Notes under the pieces: generated by a model
What the model saw: only the letters and a program-made list of their open reading frames with translations
Database searches by the model: none
What the model was told of the DNA's origin: nothing
Source: Candidatus Rokuibacteriota bacterium
GTDB lineage: Bacteria > Methylomirabilota > Methylomirabilia > Rokubacteriales > CSP1-6
Length of the DNA stretch: 63,354 nucleotides
NCBI GenBank assembly: GCA_016179965.1
Contig: JACPCF010000025.1
Span: 1 to 63,354, forward strand
Direction: 5' to 3'
Translations under genes and position numbers: made by a program
In this document: piece by piece, positions 1 to 9,864 of the stretch
Layout: each line of letters starts with the position of its first letter
How positions within the stretch are numbered: the first letter of the stretch is position 1

Positions 1-1
1 C

Positions 2-496
2 CGCAAGGGGGCGTTTGGACAGAATCCCCTCTATCGTCTCCGGATCATCACCCGCAGCGGGCTTCGCGTATTCGCCGAAGGGATCGGGTTCTTTTCCTCA
101 GCCAAGGCGTCCCGGCTTCGACGAGGGTTGACGAAGGCGTGGGAGTTCAACGACGTGATTCCCTTCCAGGGCCCGCTGCTCCGAAAGGTCTACGGTGGGC
201 CGGGTAGGGGCAGCGGTCCCGGGCGTGGCTCGCGAGGAGCCAACCGCAAGCTCTATCGCGCGCTCCAGCATTACCTCCCTCGAGTCGCCGCTCCGCGGCA
301 CTTGACGCGCTCTCGGCTTGAGAAGCTGGCGGAAACACATCCCGCGATCGCGGATCACCCGACCCTCGCTTGGTTCCTGACGAATAACCAGTTCTATGAC
401 CAAGTCGCCAAAATCGAGGAGGGTGAGTCTCTCACCCTTGATCTGTCGGTACCGGCTAATAACACGTACGTGGCGAATGGCTTCGTGAGCCACAAC
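2..496 (+). mobile_element. nrdJ intein 1 (5'-truncated by window)
   Basis: Ends TLDLSVPANNTYVANGFVSHN (blocks F/G), followed by Thr of TRRGANM. Confidence 0.92.
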
Positions 497-3400
497 ACCC
501 GCCGCGGTGCAAACATGGGGATCCTGAAGGTGGATCACCCGGACATCCTGGAGTTCATCGAGTGCAAGCTGGACGGCGGGATCACCAACTTCAATATTTC
601 GGTGGCCGCCACCGATCGCTTCATGGACGCCCTGGAGAAGGGCGAGGAGTACGAGCTGATCAACCCTCACACCGGCGCCGTGGTGGGAAGGCTATCAGCG
701 CGCGAGGTTTTTGAACGGATCGTCAGAGCGGCCTGGCGCACGGGCGACCCGGGCATGGTCTTCCTCGACCGCATCAACCGGAGCCCCGCTAACCCGACGC
801 CAGAGGTGGGGCTGGTGGAGGCGACGAACCCGTGTCTGGCGGGAGACGCTCTTGTACCTACAGACCACGGGCTTCTGAGGATGGAAGATCTTGTCGCTCA
901 GTACGGCAATGGAGGTGTCGCAGTTCAGGTTGACTCTCGGATGCTGCCCTCGCAGCTCATGGTGTGGGAGGGGACCCACAACGTGCCGATTGCCTCTTAC
1001 AGTCATGGATGCCTTCCGATCAGCCGGGCCTTCTGCTCTGGGGAGCGGGAGACCGTCCGGGTTCGTACGAAAGCCGGCTTCGAGCTGATCTGCACTCCGG
1101 ACCACCGTCTAATGACCAACCGAGCATGGGTACGGGCCGGCGAGTTGAAGGTGGGGGTGGATCGGGTGTTTATCCAGAGTAACCCCGGAATGTTCGGCAC
1201 CGATTCGCGCCTCCCCTTCGAAGTGTCAAACGAAATCCGCGGTCGGAACGGTCGGGTGTATCGACATGATCTCCCGAACACCTGGAGTCAAGACCTCGGA
1301 GTGGTCCTCGGATGGCTCGTCGGCGATGGTTGGCTTCGGTCGGGAGACAAGAACTGTCGCGCGGGGTTCAGCTTCGGGGGCGATGATCTAGACATTCTCG
1401 AGCGAATCAAGACCGGCGTGAACCGCTGGTACGGCCGACCCGTCCATGCCGTGAGGCGACCGCGTGGCGTTTACCACCTTTCCTATCATGGGAAGTTTTT
1501 CGTCGAGTTCTTCCAGCGCCTGGGCGTACGGCCCGTCCCGGCAAACCGCAAGGTAGTGCCCGAAAGTCTGTTCTCGGCCCCACGGGAAGCAGTCGTTGGC
1601 TTCCTCCAAGGGCTCTTCACGGCCGACGGGACGGTGCGTGACAATCCCCAGAGCAATAGCTCGTGGATCGCTCTCACGTCCAAGAGTCGGGACCTGCTGC
1701 GGGGAGTACAAATCCTCCTGCTCAATTTGGGCATCAAGAGTCAAATCATGGACCGGTCCCGCCCTCCGCGAACGGGGCTCTTCTCGTACGAGACCGTGGG
1801 TGGGGTGAAGCGATCCTACGAGTCGGACGGTGTACTATTCGAACTGGGCATCTTCGGAAGATCTCGGGAGGTTTTCCGTCAGGAAGTCGGATTCCTGAAT
1901 GCCAAGCGTCAGCGGCTCGAAAACGTCCGCTACCGAGGATTCTACACTCAGAAGTTCAACGATACCGTCGTGGTTGTCGAGCCGGCCGGTGTGCGACCGG
2001 TCTATGACCTGACCGAGCCTCAGACCCACACGATGATTGCCAACGGGGTTGTAGTTCATCAATGCGGCGAGCAACCTCTTTTACCCAACGAAGCCTGTGT
2101 TGCCCCGGAGACGCGGATCACCACGGATCGGGGGTTGGAGACAGTGGCCGATCTCTATGCGCGCCAGCGACGGGGAGAGTCGATCCTCGTCGCAACCAAC
2201 CTCAACGGGAAAGGAATGCAGATCATCTTCCGCCCCGCCGCGGTCGTGAAGGTTGGGGTGAAGCCAACGGTTCGGGTCACTCTGACCAACGGTCAGCAGA
2301 TCCGCGTGACGGCGGATCACAAGATTCTGACCGAAGAAGGCTGGAAGGAGGCTGGAACGCTCGCACGAGAAGACCGAGTGCTCATCCAAACCAGCATGGC
2401 TGGCCCCCTCACCGTCACGAGTACTGACGGGGATCTCCAGCGCATGTTTGGATGGTTCACGGGCGATGGCTGGTTCACCGACGCCGTCGGGCTCACCTTC
2501 GGCCCAGCGGATGAATTGGCCTTCGAGCGCTTGGTGCCGGTCTGGCGCCAGTTCACCGGAAGCGCGACGAGAGTCCAGACCCAGGCGGCGACCATGGTTC
2601 GCTGCATCGGAACGGAGCGGGCCGCGGCGATCGCCGCCTTCAAGACCTACGGCTTCGAGCCCGGGCGAGGTCCCAAGAAGCGGATGCCGAAGTTCATCTT
2701 CACCGCGCCAAAAGAGGAGCAGATCCGGTACCTCCAGGGGCTCTTCGGCGCCGATGGCTCCAAGACGCACCGGAAACCCCAGGTCACCCTGAGTTCGGCC
2801 TCTTTGGAGTTGCTACGGGATGTTCAGCTGCTCCTCCTGAACCTCGGCATGCGGAGCAACATCAAGTATTATCCCCATCGCCCCACGGGCCGGGCTTGGG
2901 GGCAGGTCAAAGTGAACGGCGAGAGCTACCACCACTTCCTCGACCTCATCGGCTTCCCCCTGACACCCCAGAAGCAGGAACGCTGCGACCAATTCCCCTG
3001 GCAGCGGACCAAGCAGGATCGACTCGCAATCCCGGTCGCATCCGTGGTTCCGGACGAGGAGGTCGAGGTCTACGACGTCTCCGAGCCGGTGACCCATTCG
3101 CTGATCGCTGAGGGAATGATCGTCCACAACTGCAATCTGGGTTCCCTCAACGTCTCCAAGTTCGCCCGGCGGGCCGACAACGGCGAGTGGACCATCGACT
3201 GGGTGGAGCTGGAGCGGGTGGTGCGGCTGTCGGTGCGCTTCCTGGACGACGTGATCGAGATGAACCCGTACCCGCTGCCCGAAATCGACGCCACGGTCAA
3301 GTCCAACCGGCGGATCGGCCTGGGCATCATGGGCTGGGCGGACCTCCTCTTCATCATGGGCATTCCCTACGACAGCCAGGAGGCGCTGGACCTGGCCGAG

Positions 3401-5890
3401 CAGATCATGGCCTTCGTCAAGGAGCAGGGCCACGACCAGTCGGCCAAGCTCGCCGAGGAGCGCGGGCCGTTCCCCAACTGGTCGCGCTCCATCTACAAGC
3501 ACGGCCGCCCCATGCGCAACTCCACGGTAACCACGATCGCACCCACCGGGACGATCTCGATGATCGCCGGCTGCTCCTCCGGCATCGAGCCGATCTTCGC
3601 CCTGGCCTTCGAGCACCGGGTGAAGCAGCCCGACGGCGAGCGCGTGCTCCCCTTCGTGAACGAAGTATTCGAGCGGCTCGCCCGGGAGCAGAGCTTCTAT
3701 TCCGAGGCCCTCATGCAGGAAGTCCTCAAGCGCGGCTCGCTCCACGGGATTCCCGGCATGCCGGAGCGCGCCCAGCAGGTCTTCAAGACCTCCCACGAGA
3801 TCCCCTACGAATGGCACGTGCGGCATCAAGCCGCCTTTCAGATGTACACGGACAACGGGGTGTCGAAGTGCGTGACAGGGGACACGCTGATCTTCACCGA
3901 CCGAGGCATCTTGAGAATTCAAGACTTGTACCGGGGGGAATCCTCCGGTGCGTTCAGCCCGATCGAGCTAAAGGTGGCCGACTGGACAGGGTTGGAACCG
4001 GCTGACCTCTTCTACTTCGGCGGGAAGCGGGATGTTGTTGCCTTGGAAGCGGATCTCGGCTTCTCCCTCCGCGCAACACCGAACCACCGGCTTCGGGTGA
4101 TGGCGAACGGAGAGATTGTCTGGCGGCGGATGGATGAGATCAGGGTCGGGGATTCTCTGGTCGTCCCATACGGGTTCGATGTCTACGGCCATTTGCACGA
4201 CTTGGGGGCAATTTACGGAGCTCAGTACCGCCCGGCAGAGCGAACCAATGCCGTCCGACTTCAGTGGCCCAAGAAAATCACAACGGATCTGGCCCGGCTC
4301 ATCGGCTACCTCATCGCCGACGGCGGCTTCAACGAAAATCAGGTTATCTTTACGCAGAAGGACGATGCGGTCACCGAGGATTACCGACAGGTCATGCAAC
4401 GGCGCTTCGGCGTAGAGCCTCGGGTGGGTCTCGACCCACGCCGGGAGAATCTCAAGCAGGTGGTCGTCAACTCCCGGGATTTGATCGCCTTCTTCGCTGA
4501 CTATCTCGGGACCGGGGATCGGGCTGAAACCAAACGCACCCCTCGCTGCATTCTCGCCTCGGGACCCGAGGTGATGAAGGAGTATGTGCGTGGGCTGACC
4601 CTGGACGGTTATGTTAGCGAGCGGGGGCGCGTGGTTGTTCTCGGAACGGTCTCTCGCCAGCTCGCGGAGGAAGTCCAGGCTCTCCTCCTGAACCTCGGGA
4701 TCGTCGCCCGGTTGGAAACGAAGGGGATCCATTACGAGTATCGGCACGTCGAGAACCGCAAGGACGCCTGCTATGAGGTTGTGGTGCTCTCGAAATTCCG
4801 GCGGGCGTTCTTGGAGCGCATCGGCTTTGCCGAAGACCGAAAGCAGACCCGGGCAAGAAAACATCTTGGGCAGCAAAGCCATCCTGATACCCACTATGTC
4901 GTCCCGGGCGTGCGACCGCTGGCGGTGACTCTTGCCCGCGCAAAGATGGCGGAAGCCTCCTCCAGGAAGCTTCAGGACTGGCTCCACAGCTTCATGACGG
5001 CGGATGCAGAGATCACTGAAGAGACCATCATATGGCTACTGGACATTACACGGGAGCTGAAGGAAACCAGCGAATGGAAGACCCTTTCGTGTGTGGCGAA
5101 TCGGAAGGTCATGTACACCCCGGTCACGAGGCTCTGGAGTGACAAGGACGAGGTCTTTGACCTGCAGGTCCCCTCGACTCATTCCTTCATCACCAACGGA
5201 CTGATCAGTCACAACACCATAAACCTGCCCAACGCGGCCTCCGAGGAGGACGTCGCCAGCGCCTATCTCCTGGCCTGGAAGCTCAACTGCCTGGGGATCA
5301 CGGTCTTCCGCGACGGGTGCAAGGGGGATCAGGTGTTGAACGTCGGGATCGGGGCGAAGACGAAGAAGGAGGAGGTGGCGGCGCCGACCACCGGGCCGGC
5401 CGTGATCAAGCCGCGGCCCCACAGCCTCCACGGGCTCACGTACCGGATGGAGACGCCCATCGGCACCGCGTTCATCACGGTGAACGAGACGACCGACGGC
5501 GAGCCGTTCGAGGTCTTCGTCCAGGTGGGCAAGGGGGGCTCGGACACGATGGCGGTGGCCGAGGCCCTGGGGAGACTCATCTCCCTCGGCCTCCGCCTGC
5601 CGTCGCCGTTCTCAGCCGGGCGCCGGCTGGAGGAAGTGATCAACCAGCTCTCCCGCATCGGCGGCGGCCAGCCGACTGGCTTCGGGCCCTCGAAGGTGCT
5701 CTCGCTCCCCGACGCGCTGGCGCGCACCCTCGCCGAGTACCTCGGCCACGTGAAGCCGGACGCGGCGGAAGAGGGCAACGGATCTCGACCGCACCGGATC
5801 GGCGACCTCTGCAAGGAGTGCGGCCAGGCCACCTTTATCTACGAGGAGGGATGCAAGAAGTGCCTGTCGTGCGGCTACAACGAGTGCTGA
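2..5890 (+). CDS. nrdJ: Class II (adenosylcobalamin-dependent) ribonucleotide reductase, 5'-partial, with at least 4 inteins; C-terminal TSCPD-like domain and Zn ribbon
   Basis: Frame open from position 2. Extein motifs TRRGANMGIL, ATNP|CGEQPLLPNEA|CNLGS, RRIGLGIMG, TTIAPTGTIS, DNGVSK|TINLP, GITVFRDG; ends CKECG...CKKCLSCGYNEC. Confidence 0.95.
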   Translation, partial: RKGAFGQNPLYRLRIITRSGLRVFAEGIGFFSSAKASRLRRGLTKAWEFNDVIPFQGPLLRKVYGGPGRGSGPGRGSRGANRKLYRALQHYLPRVAAPRHLTRSRLEKLAETHPAIADHPTLAWFLTNNQFYDQVAKIEEGESLTLDLSVPANNTYVANGFVSHNTRRGANMGILKVDHPDILEFIECKLDGGITNFNISVAATDRFMDALEKGEEYELINPHTGAVVGRLSAREVFERIVRAAWRTGDPGMVFLDRINRSPANPTPEVGLVEATNPCLAGDALVPTDHGLLRMEDLVAQYGNGGVAVQVDSRMLPSQLMVWEGTHNVPIASYSHGCLPISRAFCSGERETVRVRTKAGFELICTPDHRLMTNRAWVRAGELKVGVDRVFIQSNPGMFGTDSRLPFEVSNEIRGRNGRVYRHDLPNTWSQDLGVVLGWLVGDGWLRSGDKNCRAGFSFGGDDLDILERIKTGVNRWYGRPVHAVRRPRGVYHLSYHGKFFVEFFQRLGVRPVPANRKVVPESLFSAPREAVVGFLQGLFTADGTVRDNPQSNSSWIALTSKSRDLLRGVQILLLNLGIKSQIMDRSRPPRTGLFSYETVGGVKRSYESDGVLFELGIFGRSREVFRQEVGFLNAKRQRLENVRYRGFYTQKFNDTVVVVEPAGVRPVYDLTEPQTHTMIANGVVVHQCGEQPLLPNEACVAPETRITTDRGLETVADLYARQRRGESILVATNLNGKGMQIIFRPAAVVKVGVKPTVRVTLTNGQQIRVTADHKILTEEGWKEAGTLAREDRVLIQTSMAGPLTVTSTDGDLQRMFGWFTGDGWFTDAVGLTFGPADELAFERLVPVWRQFTGSATRVQTQAATMVRCIGTERAAAIAAFKTYGFEPGRGPKKRMPKFIFTAPKEEQIRYLQGLFGADGSKTHRKPQVTLSSASLELLRDVQLLLLNLGMRSNIKYYPHRPTGRAWGQVKVNGESYHHFLDLIGFPLTPQKQERCDQFPWQRTKQDRLAIPVASVVPDEEVEVYDVSEPVTHSLIAEGMIVHNCNLGSLNVSKFARRADNGEWTIDWVELERVVRLSVRFLDDVIEMNPYPLPEIDATVKSNRRIGLGIMGWADLLFIMGIPYDSQEALDLAEQIMAFVKEQGHDQSAKLAEERGPFPNWSRSIYKHGRPMRNSTVTTIAPTGTISMIAGCSSGIEPIFALAFEHRVKQPDGERVLPFVNEVFERLAREQSFYSEALMQEVLKRGSLHGIPGMPERAQQVFKTSHEIPYEWHVRHQAAFQMYTDNGVSKCVTGDTLIFTDRGILRIQDLYRGESSGAFSPIELKVADWTGLEPADLFYFGGKRDVVALEADLGFSLRATPNHRLRVMANGEIVWRRMDEIRVGDSLVVPYGFDVYGHLHDLGAIYGAQYRPAERTNAVRLQWPKKITTDLARLIGYLIADGGFNENQVIFTQKDDAVTEDYRQVMQRRFGVEPRVGLDPRRENLKQVVVNSRDLIAFFADYLGTGDRAETKRTPRCILASGPEVMKEYVRGLTLDGYVSERGRVVVLGTVSRQLAEEVQALLLNLGIVARLETKGIHYEYRHVENRKDACYEVVVLSKFRRAFLERIGFAEDRKQTRARKHLGQQSHPDTHYVVPGVRPLAVTLARAKMAEASSRKLQDWLHSFMTADAEITEETIIWLLDITRELKETSEWKTLSCVANRKVMYTPVTRLWSDKDEVFDLQVPSTHSFITNGLISHNTINLPNAASEEDVASAYLLAWKLNCLGITVFRDGCKGDQVLNVGIGAKTKKEEVAAPTTGPAVIKPRPHSLHGLTYRMETPIGTAFITVNETTDGEPFEVFVQVGKGGSDTMAVAEALGRLISLGLRLPSPFSAGRRLEEVINQLSRIGGGQPTGFGPSKVLSLPDALARTLAEYLGHVKPDAAEEGNGSRPHRIGDLCKECGQATFIYEEGCKKCLSCGYNEC
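833..2062 (+). mobile_element. nrdJ intein 2, 410 aa, LAGLIDADG endonuclease, C-terminal Gln
   Basis: CLAGDALV start, CTPDH block B, LGWLVGDG and FLQGLFTADG, VYDLTEP...VVHQ|C. Confidence 0.95.
2096..3130 (+). mobile_element. nrdJ intein 3, 345 aa, LAGLIDADG endonuclease
   Basis: CVAPETRI start, VTADH, FGWFTGDG and YLQGLFGADG, VYDVSEP...IVHN|C. Confidence 0.95.
3869..5215 (+). mobile_element. nrdJ intein 4, 449 aa, LAGLIDADG endonuclease
   Basis: CVTGDTLI start, ATPNH, LIGYLIADG and YVRGLTLDG, VFDLQVP...ISHN|T. Confidence 0.95.
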
Positions 5891-5958
5891 GCCCCTGAGG
5901 GGCGGGTGCCAGCGGGGGCGGGTCATCCGCCCCCGTCGCCGGTTAAGAGGAGGCGGCA

Positions 5959-6153
5959 ATGGAAATTCTGCGGACACTGGTCTTCCTCTGCATCCTGCTG
6001 GCCGCGGTCTGCTTCGTCGTGGGTCTCGCCTACATGGGGGGCATGATCAGCACGGTCTATCGAGTCACGCCGGGCGGTTGGCTCAACGGGGCTCAGACCC
6101 TGCTCCTGTTCGCCATCGCGCTGTACTGCTACGGCCGCACCATCCGCTGGTAG
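5959..6153 (+). CDS. Small hypothetical membrane protein (2 hydrophobic segments)
   Basis: RBS AGAGGAGG upstream; 64 aa, hydrophobic, host-like codon usage. Confidence 0.7.
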   Translation: MEILRTLVFLCILLAAVCFVVGLAYMGGMISTVYRVTPGGWLNGAQTLLLFAIALYCYGRTIRW

Positions 6154-6170
6154 CTTGCTAGAATAGCGGC

Positions 6171-6494
6171 GTGTTCGCGGGCGGCAGCTACGAGGACGTC
6201 GGGCGCTGGCTCCTGGGCTTCGTCAACTCCCACGCCAAGCGTGAGAGTCCCCGTGTCGAGGCCATCGTCGAGGCCGGGGATGAGCGCGCGGGTAAGACCT
6301 TCGCCGTGAGGCTCCGTCTCGGCGAGCGATACCAGCCGCCCCTCGACCAGCCGGCCATCGAGTTCTCCTTCCACGAGGTCGCCGCCGGCAAAGGGAGCTT
6401 GGCCTGGTGTCAGGCGGTGGCCCAGCGCGTGTGCGGCTGGGCCCGCCAGCTGCTCGAGGCCGAGCGAGCCGCCCCGATCACCCGCGCCGGCTGA
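6171..6494 (+). CDS. Hypothetical protein, possibly leaderless
   Basis: 107 aa with normal composition; TGcTAGAAT ends 6 nt before the GTG. Confidence 0.65.
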   Translation: MFAGGSYEDVGRWLLGFVNSHAKRESPRVEAIVEAGDERAGKTFAVRLRLGERYQPPLDQPAIEFSFHEVAAGKGSLAWCQAVAQRVCGWARQLLEAERAAPITRAG

Positions 6495-6500
6495 GGGGCC

Positions 6501-7935
6501 GTGCGCTCCCGCCTTCGCTGGTACGCCCCGGGGGACGTCAACGCCTTCTTCGGCCTCGCCCTCGACAACCTGACCCAGCTGGTCATCCTCTCGTCCCTCC
6601 TCATCGGACTCTTCAAGTTCCCCGCCGACCTGGTGCTCTTCCGGATGATCCCCGGCACCGCCCTGGGGGTGCTGGTCGGGGACCTGACCTACACGTGGCT
6701 GGCCGTGAGGCTCGCGCGCCGGACGGGCAGGGAGGACGTGACGGCGATGCCCTTCGGTAGGAATGGGCGTGACCGTGGCCATGGGGATCGCGAAGCTCAT
6801 CCTCTCCTTCGCGGGCGACTGGGTGCGGCGGATCGTCCCCCGCGCCGCGCTCCTGGGCTCCATCGCCGGCGTGGCGATCCTCCTCATCGCGTTTCTCCCG
6901 GCCCTCAAGATCTTCGCCGACCCGCTGGTGGGCCTCGTGTCCCTCGTGGTCCTGCTGGTCGCGCTGGTGGGGAAGCGGCGCCTTCCCTGGGGGATCCCGG
7001 GCGCGTTCGCTGCGGTGGCCCTCGGGGCGGCGATCTTCTGGGCGCGGGAGGGCCTCGGGCTCGCGGGACCCGGCCAGCGCGCCATGGGAATCCCGACTCC
7101 TGTCCTGGCGCTGCCGTTCCCCACCCTCGCGTGGGTAGCGGCCTTCGAGGCCACGCTCCCCTACTTGGCGGTGGCGCTCCCGTTCGCCCTGGCCACGATC
7201 ATCGGGGGGATCGACAACACTGAATCCGCTGTCGCCGCCGGCGACGAGTACCGGGCCCGCGACATCCTGCTCACGGAGGCGGTGGCCACGCTCCTCGCGG
7301 GGATCGCGGGCGGCGTGATCCAGAACACCCCCTACATCGGTCACCCCGCCTACAAGGCCATGGGCGCCCGCGCCGGCTACACGCTCGCCACGGGGCTCGT
7401 CGTCGGCCTTGGGGCCATGGTCGGCGTCGTGGCGCTGCTCGTCGGCCTCCTGCCCGAGGCGGCGGTGGCGCCGATCCTGGTCTTCATCGGCCTCGAGATC
7501 ACCGCCCAGGCGTTCGTCGCGAGCCCGCCACGCCACGCCCCCGCGGTGGCCGTCAGCTTTCTTCCCGCCGTCGCCGCGCTGCTCCTCATCCAGGAGGGCT
7601 CCCTCCTGGCGGCGGTCGGAAAGGGGTTCGCCGATCTGGGCGGCGAGGCGAGGGCCGGCTACCAGACCCTCCTGGTCCTTGGAAACGGGTTCATCCTCAC
7701 CGCCCTCCTCTGGGGGTGCGCCGTCGCGCTCATCATCGAGCGACGGCTCCGGCTGGCGGGAGTGGCCTTTGCCGTCGCGAGCGTGGCAACCCTGTTCGGG
7801 GTGATCCACTCGCCTCTGCCCAACGGGTCGCTCTTCTGGCCGGGAAGCCCCCCCTCGGCGATCCCCGCGGTGCTCGCCGGCTCCTACGGGGTGGTCGCGG
7901 CGCTCCTCTGGCTCCCGGGGGACCACGCCGAATGA
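6501..7935 (+). pseudogene. NCS2/AzgA-like permease, frameshifted near 6757 (real lesion or assembly error)
   Basis: N-part GDVNAFFGLALDN...TAMPFG in one frame; GMGVTVAMG...ESAVAAGDEY...TPYIGHPAYKAMGARAGY in another. Confidence 0.75.
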
Positions 7936-7955
7936 TCGAACGAAGGCTCCCCTCC

Positions 7956-7984
7956 TTGACAGGGGTGGCGGCGCCGCCTATAGT
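7956..7984 (+). promoter_or_regulatory. Sigma70-type promoter
   Basis: TTGACA-17 nt-TATAGT upstream of the CBS gene. Confidence 0.75.
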
Positions 7985-8017
7985 CGCGCCAACTCCAGGA
8001 ACAAGGGAGGGCCACCC

Positions 8018-8452
8018 ATGAACATCGCCAGCCTCCTGGCGGCCACGAGCCGGCCGCCGATCGCCATCCGACCCGAACAATCGATCCGGGAAGCCGTCGC
8101 GCTGCTGAGCCGCCACAACATCGGCGCGCTCGTCGTCGTCAACGCGGCCGACGCGCCCGTGGGGATCATCTCCGAACGCGACATCGTCCGGGAGGCCGCG
8201 CGGAACGAGCAGGTGTTCACGCGCCCCGTGAGCGAGATCATGACCCGGGACGTCATCACCGGGCTGCCGGAGGACGATCTGCTGTCGGTGGCCAACCTCA
8301 TGACCGAGAAGCGGATCCGGCACGTGCCGGTCGTGGACAAGGGGAAACTCATCGGCATCGTCTCCATCGGCGATGTGGTCAAGGCCCAGCGGGACAAATA
8401 CCGGGGGGAGGTCGAAACCCTCGAAACCCAGATCCTGGCCGACCAGAAGTGA
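8018..8452 (+). CDS. CBS-domain pair protein
   Basis: IGALVV...VGIISERDIV and IRHVPVVD..LIGIVSIGDVVK; RBS AGGGAGG. Confidence 0.92.
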   Translation: MNIASLLAATSRPPIAIRPEQSIREAVALLSRHNIGALVVVNAADAPVGIISERDIVREAARNEQVFTRPVSEIMTRDVITGLPEDDLLSVANLMTEKRIRHVPVVDKGKLIGIVSIGDVVKAQRDKYRGEVETLETQILADQK

Positions 8453-9864
8453 TGGTCCTCCCCGGGACGCCCGCCGCGCCGCTGCGCGTCGCCATCATCG
8501 GCTCCGGACCGGCGGCCTTCTACACGGCGGAGCACCTCCTGAAGCGGGAAGATCTCGGGGTCGAGCTCGACATGTTCGAGCGCCTGCCGACGCCGTTCGG
8601 CCTCGTGCGCGGCGGCGTGGCGCCGGATCACCAGAAGATCAAGTCCGTCGCCGCGGCCTTCGACAAGGTCGCCGCCGATCCCCGGTTCCGGTTCTACGGC
8701 TACGTCGAGTTCGGCAAGGACGTGACGCTGGCGGACCTCCGAGAGCACTACCACCAGATCGTGTACGCCACCGGCGCCCAGACCGACCGGCGCATGGGGA
8801 TTCCGGGGGAGGATCTCCGGGGGAGTCATCCGGCCACGGAGTTCGTCGCCTGGTACAACGGCCATCCCGACTACCAGGACTGCCAGTTCGACCTCCAGCA
8901 GGAGCGCGTGGCGGTGGTCGGCGTGGGCAACGTGGCGGTGGACGTGGCCCGCATCCTCTGCCGCACGCCGGACGAGCTGGCGGCCACCGACATCAGCGAG
9001 CGCGCGCTGGAGGCGCTCAGGCAGAGTCGGGTCAGGGAAGTGTACATGCTGGGACGGCGCGGGCCGGCCCAAGCGGCCTTCACCAACCCGGAGATCAAGG
9101 AGCTGGGCGCGCTCGGGGGCGCCGACATCGTCGTCCTCCCGGAAGAGGTCCGGCTGGACGAGTTGAGCCGGGCGGCGCTCGAAAAGAGCCAGGACCGGGC
9201 GACCCAGAAGAAAGTGGAGATCCTCCACGGATACGCCCAGCGAACGCCGAGCGGCAAGCCGCGGAAGCTGATTCTCCGCTTCCTGGTCTCGCCCGTCGAG
9301 CTCATCGGCAACGCGGACGGCCAGGTCGTGGCGATCCGCCTCGTGAAGAACGAGCTCCACGCCACCGCCGCCGGCACGCTTCAGCCCAGGCCCACCGACA
9401 ACCTCGAAGAGCTCCCCGTGGGGTTGGTGTTCCGCTCGGTTGGGTACAAGGGGGTCGTCCTGCCGGGCGTGCCGTTCAACGACGACTGGGGCGTCATTGT
9501 AAACGACAAGGGGCGCGTCCTGGACCCCGACACCCGCCGCCCCGTGGTGGGCGAGTACGCCGCCGGCTGGATCAAGCGCGGGCCCACAGGGGTCATCGGC
9601 ACCAACAAGCCCGACGCCGCCGAAACCGTCGTCTCCATGCTCGAAGACCTGGCCCAGGGAACGATCCTCACCCCCGCGCATCCCGAGCCGGCCGCGGCCG
9701 AGGCACTGATCCGCCAGCGCCAACCGAACTGCGTCTCCTACGCGGAGTGGCGGCGCCTCGACGAACTGGAGGTCGCGCGGGGACGGGCCGCGGGGCGCCC
9801 CCGCGTCAAGTTCACGCGCGTCGAGGAGATGCTGGCCGCCCTCGGCCCGAGACAAAAGGCTTGA
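8449..9864 (+). CDS. Ferredoxin/adrenodoxin-NADP+ reductase, FprA-like
   Basis: IIGSGPA, PFGLVRGGVAPDH, VGVGNVAVDVAR, GWIKRGPTGVIGTN; GTGA overlap with the CBS gene. Confidence 0.92.
   Translation: MMVLPGTPAAPLRVAIIGSGPAAFYTAEHLLKREDLGVELDMFERLPTPFGLVRGGVAPDHQKIKSVAAAFDKVAADPRFRFYGYVEFGKDVTLADLREHYHQIVYATGAQTDRRMGIPGEDLRGSHPATEFVAWYNGHPDYQDCQFDLQQERVAVVGVGNVAVDVARILCRTPDELAATDISERALEALRQSRVREVYMLGRRGPAQAAFTNPEIKELGALGGADIVVLPEEVRLDELSRAALEKSQDRATQKKVEILHGYAQRTPSGKPRKLILRFLVSPVELIGNADGQVVAIRLVKNELHATAAGTLQPRPTDNLEELPVGLVFRSVGYKGVVLPGVPFNDDWGVIVNDKGRVLDPDTRRPVVGEYAAGWIKRGPTGVIGTNKPDAAETVVSMLEDLAQGTILTPAHPEPAAAEALIRQRQPNCVSYAEWRRLDELEVARGRAAGRPRVKFTRVEEMLAALGPRQKA

Noticed and set aside
128-130. 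TTG start assigned to the 1920-aa ORF
   Set aside because: The frame is open from position 2 and this point lies inside an intein; the true start is upstream of the window
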